From Lama glama (taxonomy: Eukaryota), in assembly GCA_028534125.1 (NCBI GenBank), contig CM052817.1, forward strand, positions 57,104,001-57,168,000: a stretch of DNA of 64,000 bases, in the 5' to 3' direction. Below the pieces are notes generated by a model, which saw only the letters and a list, made by a program, of their open reading frames with translations, made no database searches and was not told where the DNA came from. The position numbers and the translations under genes were made by a program. Position 1 is the stretch's first letter. Every line of letters starts with the position of its first letter. Positions 52,783 to 64,000 of the stretch are shown piece by piece.

Positions 52783-53470
52783 AAACATACAGAATGAAGA
52801 GAACATAAACAAACTTTACAACTGATACCAAAATTCACTCAAAACTGCCCATAGACAAATTTAAATGACAAAACTGTAAAAAATTTAAAAGGAAATGGGA
52901 GAAAATTTATAAGACCTTGGGTCTGGTGATGCATTTTAACACAACACCAACTGCCTATCTACAAATTAATACAAAAATTAATAATGTCGACTTTATAAAA
53001 CTATATACTTCTACTCTGTGAAAGAGCTTATTCAGAAAGACAAAAGAGAAATCACAAACTAGGAGAAATTATTTGCAAAATGCATATCTAATAAAAGATT
53101 TGTACTCAAATTATACCAATAAAATCTAGAACAAACAACCCCATTAAAAATTGGTAAAGATAGAAACAAACACCTGGCTAAAGAAGGTATACAGATAGCA
53201 AATAATCATACAAAAATATATTCAAGATCCTAGTGGAATACAGGTATGGCTAACTTTGGAAAACAGTTTGGCAGTTTCTGCCAAAGCTAAACAGTCTCAA
53301 CTTCAAATCCAATAAAATCAGCTCTTGTATTTAGACAATTGCCTTAAAAAACTGTTCAAACAAAAACTAGCATCAAGTACCGCACAGGAGCTCTATGCGT
53401 AACAGCTAAGAAACTCAAGTGATCGGTATGTCCTTCTGCAGATGAACTCAAGCAAAGCAGGGCACACTCA

Positions 53471-53977
53471 TGTCACGGGGAGCAGAATATGCCACCCCCC
53501 AAATAGGTCTGTACCCTAATGACTACTACAGTCTGATTAACTTTTTTCAAAAGACTCCGAAAACTGAGTAGAGGTTGCCATTTTGTGAAGGACATTTTCA
53601 TTTATTAGGGAAATTTCCATTTTTAAGGGTGTATCCCTCTTTCTGTACCAGACATAGAAGGATAATTAAGCCTCAAGTAATTCTTATCAGTGGAAAAGTC
53701 ATGTCTTAAATCTGAGTATCAACCATATCATGCTTTACACAATATCCTGACATAACTGGCCTCCTCTCTTCCCCAAGTCTTTGTTTTTAGCTGAAGATGG
53801 TATTTAACGTGATGACTTAGACCATTAATGGGAGTGACTCAGTGTTCCTGGGTATCTCCCAAGTGTATAGGAGGCATACATGCTATTAAACTTCTTTGGT
53901 TAATCTTTTATTGCAGAGGGGGTGTCAACCAAGATCCTAGAAGGGTAGAGGAAAAATATTATTTTTCTGTCCATGCA
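53471..53977 (+). mobile_element. ERV1 solo LTR (MER34-like), copy A
   Basis: tgtcacggggagcagaatatgccacccc...ctagaagggtagaggaaaaatattattttt...ca. Confidence 0.8.
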
Positions 53978-54065
53978 TATGCAATGGAATACTGTTTACC
54001 AATGGGAAGAAATGAACCACCAACCTATGTAAAGACATGGATGAATCTTATATGTATACTGCTAA

Positions 54066-54582
54066 TTATGCAACCAAAATCATCATCATCATCATCACCA
54101 TTATCATCATAAATAATCATAATATTACAGAAAACTGCAAATAGGAAAAATGCTTATTTAGGGTCTTAAGAATTGCATTTTGGAGACACAGATTCAGATA
54201 ACCCTTAGAGTGTTCCAGGCAAGAATACGAGTACAGAGGCTTATAAAGACAAAACTCCAGGAGGTTGTTAAAAGTTGAATGGCCATAATTGTGATGGACT
54301 CTGATGCAAGTCAGAAAATATCTGTCCTTAAGGAATCACAAGTTGATTTAGGGTAAGCATCCAATATGTAGACAGACTGCTGTGAATTATTTGAGGCCAA
54401 GAGTACAATAAGTAGATTTCTGGCTGATAAGTTTCTCTCAGATGTTCTGGATGACTTTATCAGGTCAAAGCTTAGGATTTCTTCCAGGCTGAGATGTGAA
54501 ACACAATTTCTGAATGGGCTCCTGGCTCCATTTTACAGTGCTCTCTTATCAAAACCAACTCCATGTTGATTTTCCTTTCACA
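54066..54582 (-). mobile_element. ERV1-type solo LTR inserted in the L1 3' UTR
   Basis: Minus strand begins tgtgaaaggaaaatcaacatggag; interrupts L1 gctaa|gcgacagaatcc; internal (CAT)n. Confidence 0.65.
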
Positions 54583-56259
54583 AGCGACAGAATCCACTCT
54601 GGAGAGGCTACATATGCACTGTATAACCCAATTTATACAAAATATGGGGAAAGGGAAAACTAAGAGATGGTAAACAGATCGTGTGAGAGTTTGAAATATT
54701 CCATAAAATACTTTAGTGATGGACATCTGCCAATATCCATTTGTCTAAATCTATAGATTTCTATGGCCCAACAAGTCAATTAAATAATCAAGTAAGTGGT
54801 ACTGTCACAGGATAGAATACAAATGTAACAAAGAATATGTATTAGAAATGTAAGAAAAACTCACTGACGCTGGTGGAGCAAAATGTGCTGGCCTCAGTAA
54901 CTGTGGGAATGAACAGAATGTGTAGACTAAAGACTGCACACAAACAGTGGAATCTATAAGGTTCCATCCCACAGAGGTAGGAGCTAAAAATGCTAAAACC
55001 ACTCATCTGGAGTAGAATGAAAAATGAATGGATGGAAGATGGTGGAAACCAGGATTCTCACTGTCTGACTGGGACTTACAGATAAGCAGGAAGGGAGACG
55101 TACACTGTCCATATGATAATGGATCAGGATGGAGGCATCTCATCTTCAGCTTAGTATGAATACAGACAGTTCCACATAGAAATCTTTATAATTAGGAGTG
55201 TATACTATTGGGGAGGGGGAAATTTCACTCTTCTTGTGGCTGGACTAATAATAAAACTAACACAAGACAGAGCCACAAGAGAAAGAAATTTTAACTCCTA
55301 CACACAAAAGTCTCATAGCAATGGGAAGTAAGAAGTAGTGAAAAGAGGCAGATTTTATATATCTAGAAAACTATAAATTTGTTAGGAATTGACAGCCCAA
55401 AGAAATGTAGCTTTGGGGTACTCAATTAATGAAGAATCTAAAAAGAATTTGGGCTTGGGGTGGTAAATTAAAGTAACAAGTTATGTTTATATGGGCTTCT
55501 GAACCTTTCACATGACAAACTTTTTTCCTGCTTTTAGGGAGACAGAATAGGAGTCAGAGTGTCTCTCTTGCTTTGGCCATTTTCTAAGTAGCTTAAATGT
55601 AAAACACTATGTGCTTGTGGCAGATTTGTGGGGAGGGTGAGGTGGTGTTCCATGAGCAACAATACACTTCAGTGGGAACACAGGCACACATTTCCTTGCA
55701 TTGTCAGCTGAGGACGTTTTCCTCCTGCATGTAAGTTCTTAATACCATTCTCTAATAAAAGGAATCAGGACTCTTTGAAGACATGGCTTATACTAGGAGA
55801 GACAGTCAATATATGAGCCAGGATAATATTGAATCTTGTATCAGAAAGTAAGGAAGTACCAAGAAAAAAAAAAAAAAAAGGAATGATCTCAAAGGAAATA
55901 GGAGCCAATGAAAGAGGTCTCAACAGCCAAAGCAGGAATAAACTGAGCAACCAAAATCTGTAGTGCTGGATTATAATCAAAAGATTAAAATAACTATGCA
56001 GGTGTCTATAATGGTGAAGTTAAATGATGATATATGTGTTTTTTTGTTTGTTGGGTTTTTTTTGTTTGCTTTGTTTTTTTTAATAAATGGGATTGAATAG
56101 AAAACTCCTATGCAGGAGAATTCCTAATAATCCATGGGTGGAGGTGGAGCTAAATACCCCTCTCCTGAAGTGTAGGTTCCACATAGTGATCTCTTATTGT
56201 TTAGGTCAGAAACAAGAAAAGTCTGAAATCCCACTGCTGGGCATATATCCAGAGCAACA

Positions 56260-58445
56260 ATCTAATGTGAAAAGACCCATGCACTAACTGATTTATTTTT
56301 AACAACAGTGGACAACAATAAATTGGAGAAAAAATGGTATTTTCAACAAATTGTGCCAGACAATTGTCTATCCAGTGAAAAATTTTCACTTCCAAGAGAA
56401 ATGAAATTGGATCCTTGCTTCATACCATATACAAAATTAACTCAAGATACATAAAAAGTTTAAATTTAAAGAGTGGTACAGTGACAATCAGCCCTCATCT
56501 GCTGATTCTACATTTGCAGAATCAGCCACCTTCAGATAAAAATAATAATTTGAGAATATTCCATAAAGAAAAACTTGAATTTGTGGCATACCAGAAACGA
56601 TTTAAAAAACATTACATCTTCTTCATAATTATTTACATATCATGTACATTAAATTAAGTATTATAAGTGATCTAGAGATGATTTTAAGTATACAGGAAAG
56701 TGTGCTTAGATTATTTGCAAATACTACACCATTTTATATAATAGATTTGAGCACCCACAGATTTAGTATCCACAGGGTGTCCTGGAACCAATACTTCACA
56801 GATAGGGAGGGAAGCTGTATAAACTCTCAAAGAAACAATGGGGATAAATCATCATGACCTTGGATTTGGCAGTTTTCTTAGATCTGATAGCAAACACAAG
56901 CAAAAAGAAAAAAATAAATAAATTGCCTTTCCTCAAAATTAAAAACCTTTGTACATCAAAGATGCTATCCAGGAACTGAAAAGACAGCACACAAAATCAA
57001 AGAAAATATTTGCAAATTATATGCTTGAAAAAAATTTTATCAAGTATATATGAAGAACTTTTACAATTCATAAAAAGACAAAACAACCCAATTTTTAACA
57101 TGGTAAAAGTACTTAAATAGACTCTTCTCTATATATAAACTTAAAAAGGAAAGTGCAGTATATTATATATATATGTATTTACATGCAATATAATGTATAT
57201 GTGCAATCAAACTGTAATAATTCTACCTAATAAAAAGGAAAAAGGAAAAAACACCCCCAAAAAAATTAAATTTTTTTTTTAAATGGGCCCTTCTCCAGAC
57301 AGGACAAATAGTCAACAAGCACATGAAGATGTTAAAAATCAGTCATGAAAGAAATGCAAATTGATACCACAATGCCATACCATTTCAAGCACACTAGAAG
57401 CCCTATAATCAGGAAAACTAAAAACAACAAATATTGGCAAAAATGTGGAGAAATTGAAACCTTTAAACATTACTTGAAAAATTGGAAAATGGTATAGCCC
57501 GTGTGTAGTCTGTCATTTGCTCAAAAAGATAGAAATAGTTACCTTATGGTTCAACAACTCCACTCCTAGATATAGACCCCAAAACATTAAAAACAGGTGT
57601 TCAAACAAAAACAAAATTGTACACAAATATTCATAGCAGCACTATTCTCAATGGCCTAAAAGGTAGGACAATTGAAATGTCCATCAAAGGCTAAATAGAT
57701 AAACAAATTGGGTATCTATCCAAAAACTGCTGTATGATTCTGCCATATAAAGGAATAAAATGGTGCAGCCATGGTGGAGAACCATATGGGATTTCCTCAA
57801 AAACTTAAACATGGGGTTAACATGTGATCCATCAATTCCATTTCAGGGTATATATTCAAATTATTTGAAAGCAGGAACTGGAACAGAAATGGATGCACCC
57901 ATGTTCATAGTAGCATTAATCACAATAGCAAATGGTGGAAGCAAATCAATTGTCCATCAGCAGATGAATGGATAAACTAAATGTGGTGTATATACACAAT
58001 GGGACACTGCACAGCCTTAAAAACTAAGGAAATAATGACACATGCTACAACGTGGCTAAATCTTGAAGTCACTATGCTAAGTGAAGTAAGCCAGACATGA
58101 TAGGACAAATATTATATTATTCCTCTTATATAAGGCATCCAGGGATGCCAAATGCAGAGATAGAAAGAATGTCATTGCCAGGGGCTAAGGGAAGTTAGTG
58201 TTTACTGGATAGTTTCACTTGGGGAAATGAGTAAGTTCTAGAGATGGTGAGGTATCTGTACAACAATGTGAATTTAGTTAATATCATAGAACTGTATATT
58301 TAAATGGTTTAAATGGTAAATGTTATGTTCTATATTTTTAATGACAATGAAAAATGTGAATGAATCACTAATGATACATGCTACAACTTGGATAAAGATT
58401 GAAAGCATTCTAAGTGAAAGAAGCCACACAGAAGAAGCCACTCAG
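56260..58445 (+). mobile_element. Nested old L1 (L1MB-like) fragments
   Basis: ORF2 C-terminal and 3' UTR motifs (ccatatacaaaattaactcaa; acatgctacaacgtgg; taagtgaaagaagcca). Confidence 0.8.
56479..56817 (-). mobile_element. MER2-like TcMar-Tigger MITE
   Basis: TA|cagt...tctagagatgattttaagtatacagg...gtcctggaaccaat...gagggaagctg|TA. Confidence 0.85.
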
Positions 58446-59014
58446 ATCATCTTCATCTCATTGCTTTAATCCATTAAGATTTTGAAAAAGAAGGAAACTC
58501 TCAGTAATAGTTTCAGAAAAAGAAAACTGGCATGGAATGGAAAAATGGATTTCCACAAGTTGGGGGCAATGGTGAGGTGGAAGTGGGCCTGTGGATGGGA
58601 TTCCAAGGTGGAACCATAAAATTTCTTCATTTGGGGTTTATGTGCTGGTTCCCTGGGAGCATATCCCAGTTTTAGATAAAACCCACTGGACTATTTTATG
58701 TCAGGTAATAAATGTGAGTACTGCATAATACTACTTAAAGTATTTTATACGTTTGAAATTACTAGAAACTAAATTACTTTTGAAAACAACCATGTCAACA
58801 CCACGCCAAAAAAGCAGAGAAGACATCAGATTTCCTTATAAGAGGCCCACCCTAAACCAGATTCAGTTCACCCGAAGTGCTGATGCTAATCGCCCTTGTA
58901 GGAGTCCAAACGTAATTCAGAGGCACTGTGAAGATTAGGAGCCACTGTGTTTTGGGTGCTGCAGATGACCTGGATGTAGTCCAAAAAGGGTGATTTCTGA
59001 TTTCTAATTTTCCA

Positions 59015-59770
59015 CATCAAACCATCAAAAAACTGTTAGAGCTAATGAATCATTGTAGTAAAGCTACAAGATACAAAATCAATACAGAAAAATCAGTTGT
59101 CTTTCTATACATCAATAACGAAACATCAGAAAACATTTTTTAAAAATCCCATTTACAACTGCATCTAAAAAATTACCTAGCAATAAATTTAATCAAAGAT
59201 GTGAAAGACCTGAACACTCAAAATTCTAAGACACTGAGGAAAGAAACTGAACAGGCACAAATAAATGCAAACATCCATTCTACCCAAAGCTGTGTTCAAA
59301 TTCAAAGCAAGTCTTGCCAAATCACTATGCCCTACACCAGAAAATAACAGAACATTGTGAACTGACTATACTTCAATAAAATAAAATAAAGTTCAGTGGC
59401 ATTTTTCACAGAAACAGAACAAACATTCCTAACATTCATGTGGAAACCCAAAGGACCCTGAACAGCCAAAGGGATTCTGAGAAAGAAGAACAGGCTGGAG
59501 GTATCTCCTTCCCTGACTTCACACTCCATTGGGAAATTATAGTCACAAAAGTGTGGAATTGGCACAAAAACAGAGACATGGACCAGAGGAACAAATAGAG
59601 AGTCCAGAAATAAGCCTATGGGTATGTGGTCAGTTAATTCACAAGAAAGGAACCAGGAACCTACACTGGGGAAAAGACAGTCCACTACTCAATGAATGGT
59701 GCTGGGAAAACCAGACACCACATACCAAAGGAGGACATGGCACACTGTCCACACCACACACAAAACCTGA
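59015..59770 (+). mobile_element. L1 ORF2 fragment containing a short young L1 3' tail (about 59326-59390)
   Basis: aaactgttagagctaat...atacaaaatcaatacagaaaaatcag; inserted aacattgtgaactgactatacttcaataaaataaaataaa. Confidence 0.85.
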
Positions 59771-61119
59771 CTAAAACCCAGTTTCCCACATCCAGCCCTT
59801 CCTCTCCCAGGGCCTCTGAGGAGGGATTCCCCTTAGCAGTTGGCCCCTCACAGGAAGCTTCTCCTCATGTTTCTTTTCTCCTCATCTTTCCTTCAGTGCA
59901 GCACCTCCTGTTGGGTCCTGGGGAGACTGGCTCCTGTCACCGTGGACATAGCCCCCTGTGATCCCGAAGCCCTGCCAGGTCCAGAGGAGACACGGTTCCA
60001 GTCAGCTGAGCAGGAAGCCAAGTGGGTTCCCACTGCAGGTGGGAGAGGTGGGCGAGGTGGGCTCTGGGCCCTGCCAGAACAATGGGAAAGCGCAGACCCA
60101 GCCACCCTGACAGTCAGGGGGTGGGCAGGGGGGAGGGATGCCCTAAGGCAGCTCCACTCAGTCCACTACACTGTGGACAGGAAGGTGTGAACCAAGCTAC
60201 CCTCACAGCCACCAGAGGCCCTGCCATGAGGATAGTTATGCCGAATCCTTTAAACTGAAAATTCAAACTGAAATATAGCCAAATATTCATAACTTCTCCA
60301 AATAGTTAAGGAACAATTAATTGGAAGCCTTAAGGAATGATGTGAATGGAGACAAAAACTTTAAAACTTACAACAAATTCACTCAAATTTATTCACACAC
60401 ATTTAAAATCCGAAGCTCTCAAAATTATACAGATAAACAGAAAAAAAACTACATGACCTTGGATTTGGTCACGTAGATTATGACCTTTGAGTTTTATCAC
60501 ACTACACAAAAAGCCAATCCACAAAAAAGTAGTATTATGGACTTTATAAAAGATTTCTACTCTGAAAGACCTCATTCAGAAAGCCAAAAGACAAGCCACA
60601 AAGTGTGAGAAAAATATTTACAAAACACATATCTGATACATGATTTGGACTCATAATATACAAAGAGCTCTAAAATAAAAATGGGTAAAGATCTGAACAG
60701 ACACCCAGCCAAAACAGACAGTAAATAAGCATACAAAAAATATGCTCAGTATCATATACAATTAGGGAATTATAAGTTAAAATCACAAGATATCAAGGCA
60801 CACCTATTGGGACCACTGAACTCCAAAAACATGATAATACCATTTGCTGGTGGTGAGGAACAGCAGAACTCCCTCATTGCTGGTGGAATGCATGCACAGC
60901 CACTTCGTAAGAGTTTGGTAGTTTTTCTCAAAGCTAAGCAAGTCTCACCTTGGGATCCAAAAATCCTGCATCGAGTATTTAGGCAAGTGCTTCAAAAAAC
61001 TATGTCCAAACACAAACTAGGATGCAGTTATGTACAGCAGCTCTGTTCATATTGGCTAAACATTTGAAGTCAGGATGTCCTTCAACAGATGAAGGCATAA
61101 GCAAACTGGGGTACATCCA

Positions 61120-61644
61120 TGTCAATAAGAGCAGAATAAGCCACCCCAAAATAGGCTTCTTTGGCATAAAGATTACTGTGGGCTAATCTAAAAAAAAAAA
61201 AATAGAAAACTGAGTAGAGGTTGCCCTTTTGAGTGATATTTACATTTAATAGGAAAATCTACATTTGTAAGGGTGTGTCCCTCTTTGTACTAGAAATAGA
61301 AGGCTGATTAAATCTCAACTAACTCTTGTCAATAGAGAAATCCTGACTTAAATCTGCATAACAAACACACTCTTTTTTACTGAGCTTTCAAGATAACCTG
61401 CCATAATGGACTTCCTCCCTCTCCACCACCTCGCTTTTGTTTTTAACTAAATACCATATGTAACGTGATGCCTTGGCCATTCAGGGAAGGACTCAGTTTT
61501 CCTGGGTATCTCCCCTGCACACAGGAGGTACACATGTTATTAAACTTGTTTGTTTTTCTCCCAGTAATCTGTCTTATTAGGGGCTGGGAGGTCTCATCCA
61601 AGAACCTAGAAGGGAAGAAGGAAAACTGGTTTTCCTCCCATACA
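61120..61644 (+). mobile_element. ERV1 solo LTR (MER34-like), copy B
   Basis: tgtcaataagagcagaataagccaccccaaaat...aagaacctagaagg...tttcctcccataca. Confidence 0.8.
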
Positions 61645-61718
61645 TATGCAGTGGAATACTACTCAGCAATAGAAATTAAACCATCAACTCACGGAAAGAC
61701 GTGGGTAAATCTTACCTG

Positions 61719-62387
61719 TGATGCAGGAAAAAAGGATGTGGGGCATGAGGAAGGCCGTGTCCCAGGCTTTGGTTGAGCCCCGCCCCGAGACATGCCCCAC
61801 CAAGTGTTGGTCCTTGGCTTCACACAGGAAAGAATTCAAGAGTGAGCCACAGTTGAGTCAAGGTAGATTTAGAGAGATACATCAAAAGGCAAAAGAAAGG
61901 CCACAAGGTATAGGGGTTGGGTGCTCAGATTAGAGTAAAAGTAGGTACACACTCCACAGACAGAGTGCAGGTTGTCTCTGAAGTGGGGGGAGTGGGGGAG
62001 GAAGAGGGGGGCGGCAGCAGCAGCCACCTTGCTAGTTTTTATGGGCTAAGTGGCTTCATACGCTAGTAAGTGGAAGGACCAGTCTAACTAGCCTGGGGAA
62101 GGGGCTGGGAAGGGGCCGGGAAGGGGCCAGGATTCCCACGAAGTTGGTCATTTCCCACTCTTTGACCTTTTGTGGCTGGCCTTTGGACTGTCACGGTGCC
62201 TGTGGGCATGTTATTCACCATGTTAATATATTACAGTGGGCGTATAATGAAGTTCAAGGTCTACTAGAAGCCAAATCTCCCACCATCTTGAGCCTCAAGG
62301 CCTCCTGGGGGTTGAATCTTTAGCCATTCTGGTGTTAATTGCTGTGTTATTCCTTGAATGGCTGTGCTGTTCCCTCTTCCTGTCTCA
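61719..62387 (-). mobile_element. Younger ERV1-type solo LTR
   Basis: TG...CA ends; 4-bp TSD cctg/cttg; cleanly interrupts the L1 3' UTR aatcttac(ttg)tatattactaactgaaaga; minus-strand CATAAAAA at about 62036-62043. Confidence 0.9.
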
Positions 62388-62699
62388 CTTGTATATTACT
62401 AACTGAAAGAATCCAGTCTGAGGAGGCTGCTCACAGTTTGACCCCGTTTATGACAATTATGGAAAACGCAAAACTACATACTTAAGCAGATCATGGGGTG
62501 GCGGCTGGGAGTTGAAGTAGTCCATGTGATACTTAAGGTTGGTGTCACTATGAGTATGTCTAAGCCCACACATTTGCACAACCCAAAGGTCAATCATAAT
62601 CTATTCAAATTTAGTTGTTTAGGGTGCAGGAGTGTCGCGGGATGGAATACACAACGTGACAGAATCTGACTGTATTAGAAATGGATATGATCAGATAGT

Positions 62700-62858
62700 A
62701 ATTTCAGATCTGACTATACATTGGATTCACTTGGGGAGTTATTTAAAAAATGCTGATGCTGGGGCCCAATCCCAACTTAATTGGTATGGTATATGATATG
62801 GACATTTTAAAATGTCCCAGATGATTCAGATATGTAGTAAAGTTTGAGAACCACCACT
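62700..62858. mobile_element. MER5A-like hAT-Charlie element inside an L2 fragment
   Basis: ttcacttggggagttatttaaaaaatgctgatgct...tcccagatgattc...aagtttgagaaccac. Confidence 0.75.
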
Positions 62859-62983
62859 TTAGAAAAATCATTCTGGAATCTGTTTTTGTTAAATTGGAGA
62901 GGGCCTTGTTAATGGCAGAGAAACAAGTTACAAAGATCTCCTAATGCAAGCAGCTCATGATAAGAATATGATCTAGGGCACAG

Positions 62984-63783
62984 AGAAATGGAAATCAAAA
63001 CCACAGTGAGGTATCACCTCACACCAGTCAGAATGGCCATCATTCAAAAGTCCACAAATGATTCCTCAAAACACTAAAAATAGGTTTACCATATGATCCA
63101 GCAATCCCACTCCTGGGCATATATCCAGAGGGAACCTTAATCCTAAAAGATACATGCACCCCAGTGTTCACTGCAGCATTATTTACAATAGCCATGACAT
63201 GAAAACAACCTAAATGTCCATTGACAGATGACTGGATAAGGAAGTTGTGGTATATTTATACTAATAGAATACTACTCGGCCATAAAAAATAATAAAATAA
63301 TGTCACTGGCAGCAAATGGATGAACCTGGAGATTGTCATTATAAGTGAAGTCAGAAAGAGAAAGAAAAATGCCATATGATATCACTTACATGTGGAATCT
63401 AAAAAAAAAAAAAAAAGACGGACAACCTTATTTGCAAAACAGAAACAGACTCACAGTCATAGAAAACAAACTTATGGTTACCAGGGGTGGGGGAAGGAGG
63501 TGGGAAGGGATAAATTGGGAGTTAGAGATTTGCAGATACTAACTGATATATATAGAATAAATAAACAAGTTCATGCCGTATAGCGCAGGGAACTATACTC
63601 AATATCTTGTAGTAAATTATGGTGAAAAAGAATATGAAAACAAATATATGTATGTTCATGTATAACAGAAGCATTGTGCTGTACAGAAATTGACAACATT
63701 GTAAACTGACTATACTACAATAAACAAATACACACTTTTTTTAATTAAAAAATTTTTAAAAAACAAATGCTGAAGCAAAAAAA
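62984..63783 (+). mobile_element. 5'-truncated young L1 3' end
   Basis: ggtatcacctcacaccagtcagaatggccatc...gatccagcaatcccactcctggg...aacattgtaaactgactatactacaataaa; internal deletion near 63060. Confidence 0.93.
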
Positions 63784-63802
63784 GAAATTTTAAAAAAGCC
63801 AC

Positions 63803-64000
63803 TAATAAACTTACCTACAAAACACAGACTCACAGACATAGTAAACAAACCTATGGTTACCCAGGGGGGAATGGAGGTGGGAAGGATAAATTGGAAGTTC
63901 AAGAATTGCTAATACTATTGCTAATATTAACTACTATATACAAAATAGATTAAAATATAAATTTCTTCTGTACAGCACAGGGAACTATATTCACTATCTT
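63803..64000 (+). mobile_element. Second L1 3' UTR fragment (runs off the window)
   Basis: aaacttacctacaaaacacagactcacagacatag...agcacagggaactatattc. Confidence 0.9.

Larger units (their letters stand above)
52810..56200 (+). mobile_element. Old L1 (L1MC-like) ORF2 end/3' UTR with nested LTRs (duplicate copy A)
   Basis: L1 motifs interrupted at 53471 and 54066; colinear with 60360-62685. Confidence 0.75.
60360..62685 (+). mobile_element. Old L1 (L1MC-like) with nested LTRs (duplicate copy B)
   Basis: Colinear with 52810-54850, including the same MER34-like LTR at the same L1 position. Confidence 0.75.

Noticed and set aside
63420..64000. Tandem duplication of an L1 3' UTR
   Set aside because: The copies differ substantially; more simply a second L1 inserted near an A-rich tail

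Overview
Mammalian genomic DNA. The young LINE-1 3' UTRs are of cetartiodactyl type, and I saw no ruminant, pig or cetacean SINEs, so a camelid is my best guess (inference). No intact protein-coding gene can be supported. Positions 1-46.5 kb are AT-rich intron-like or intergenic sequence containing old MIR, L2, MaLR and MER5 repeats, several L1s and a few candidate regulatory elements. Positions 46.5-62.7 kb form a distinct block of nested L1 and ERV1 LTRs. This block includes an old internal duplication and a GC-rich, intronless, highly diverged TACC3-derived pseudogene sitting just downstream of an LTR and a 38-bp CCAAT-box tandem repeat. Other highlights are a TSD-flanked U6 snRNA/ERV-LTR chimeric retrocopy (a solo LTR of the same family is in the window), an E4F1 coding fragment captured inside an L2 without poly(A) or TSD, and several locally templated insertions in L1s. 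All gene and repeat-family names come from recalled sequences compared by eye, not from database searches.
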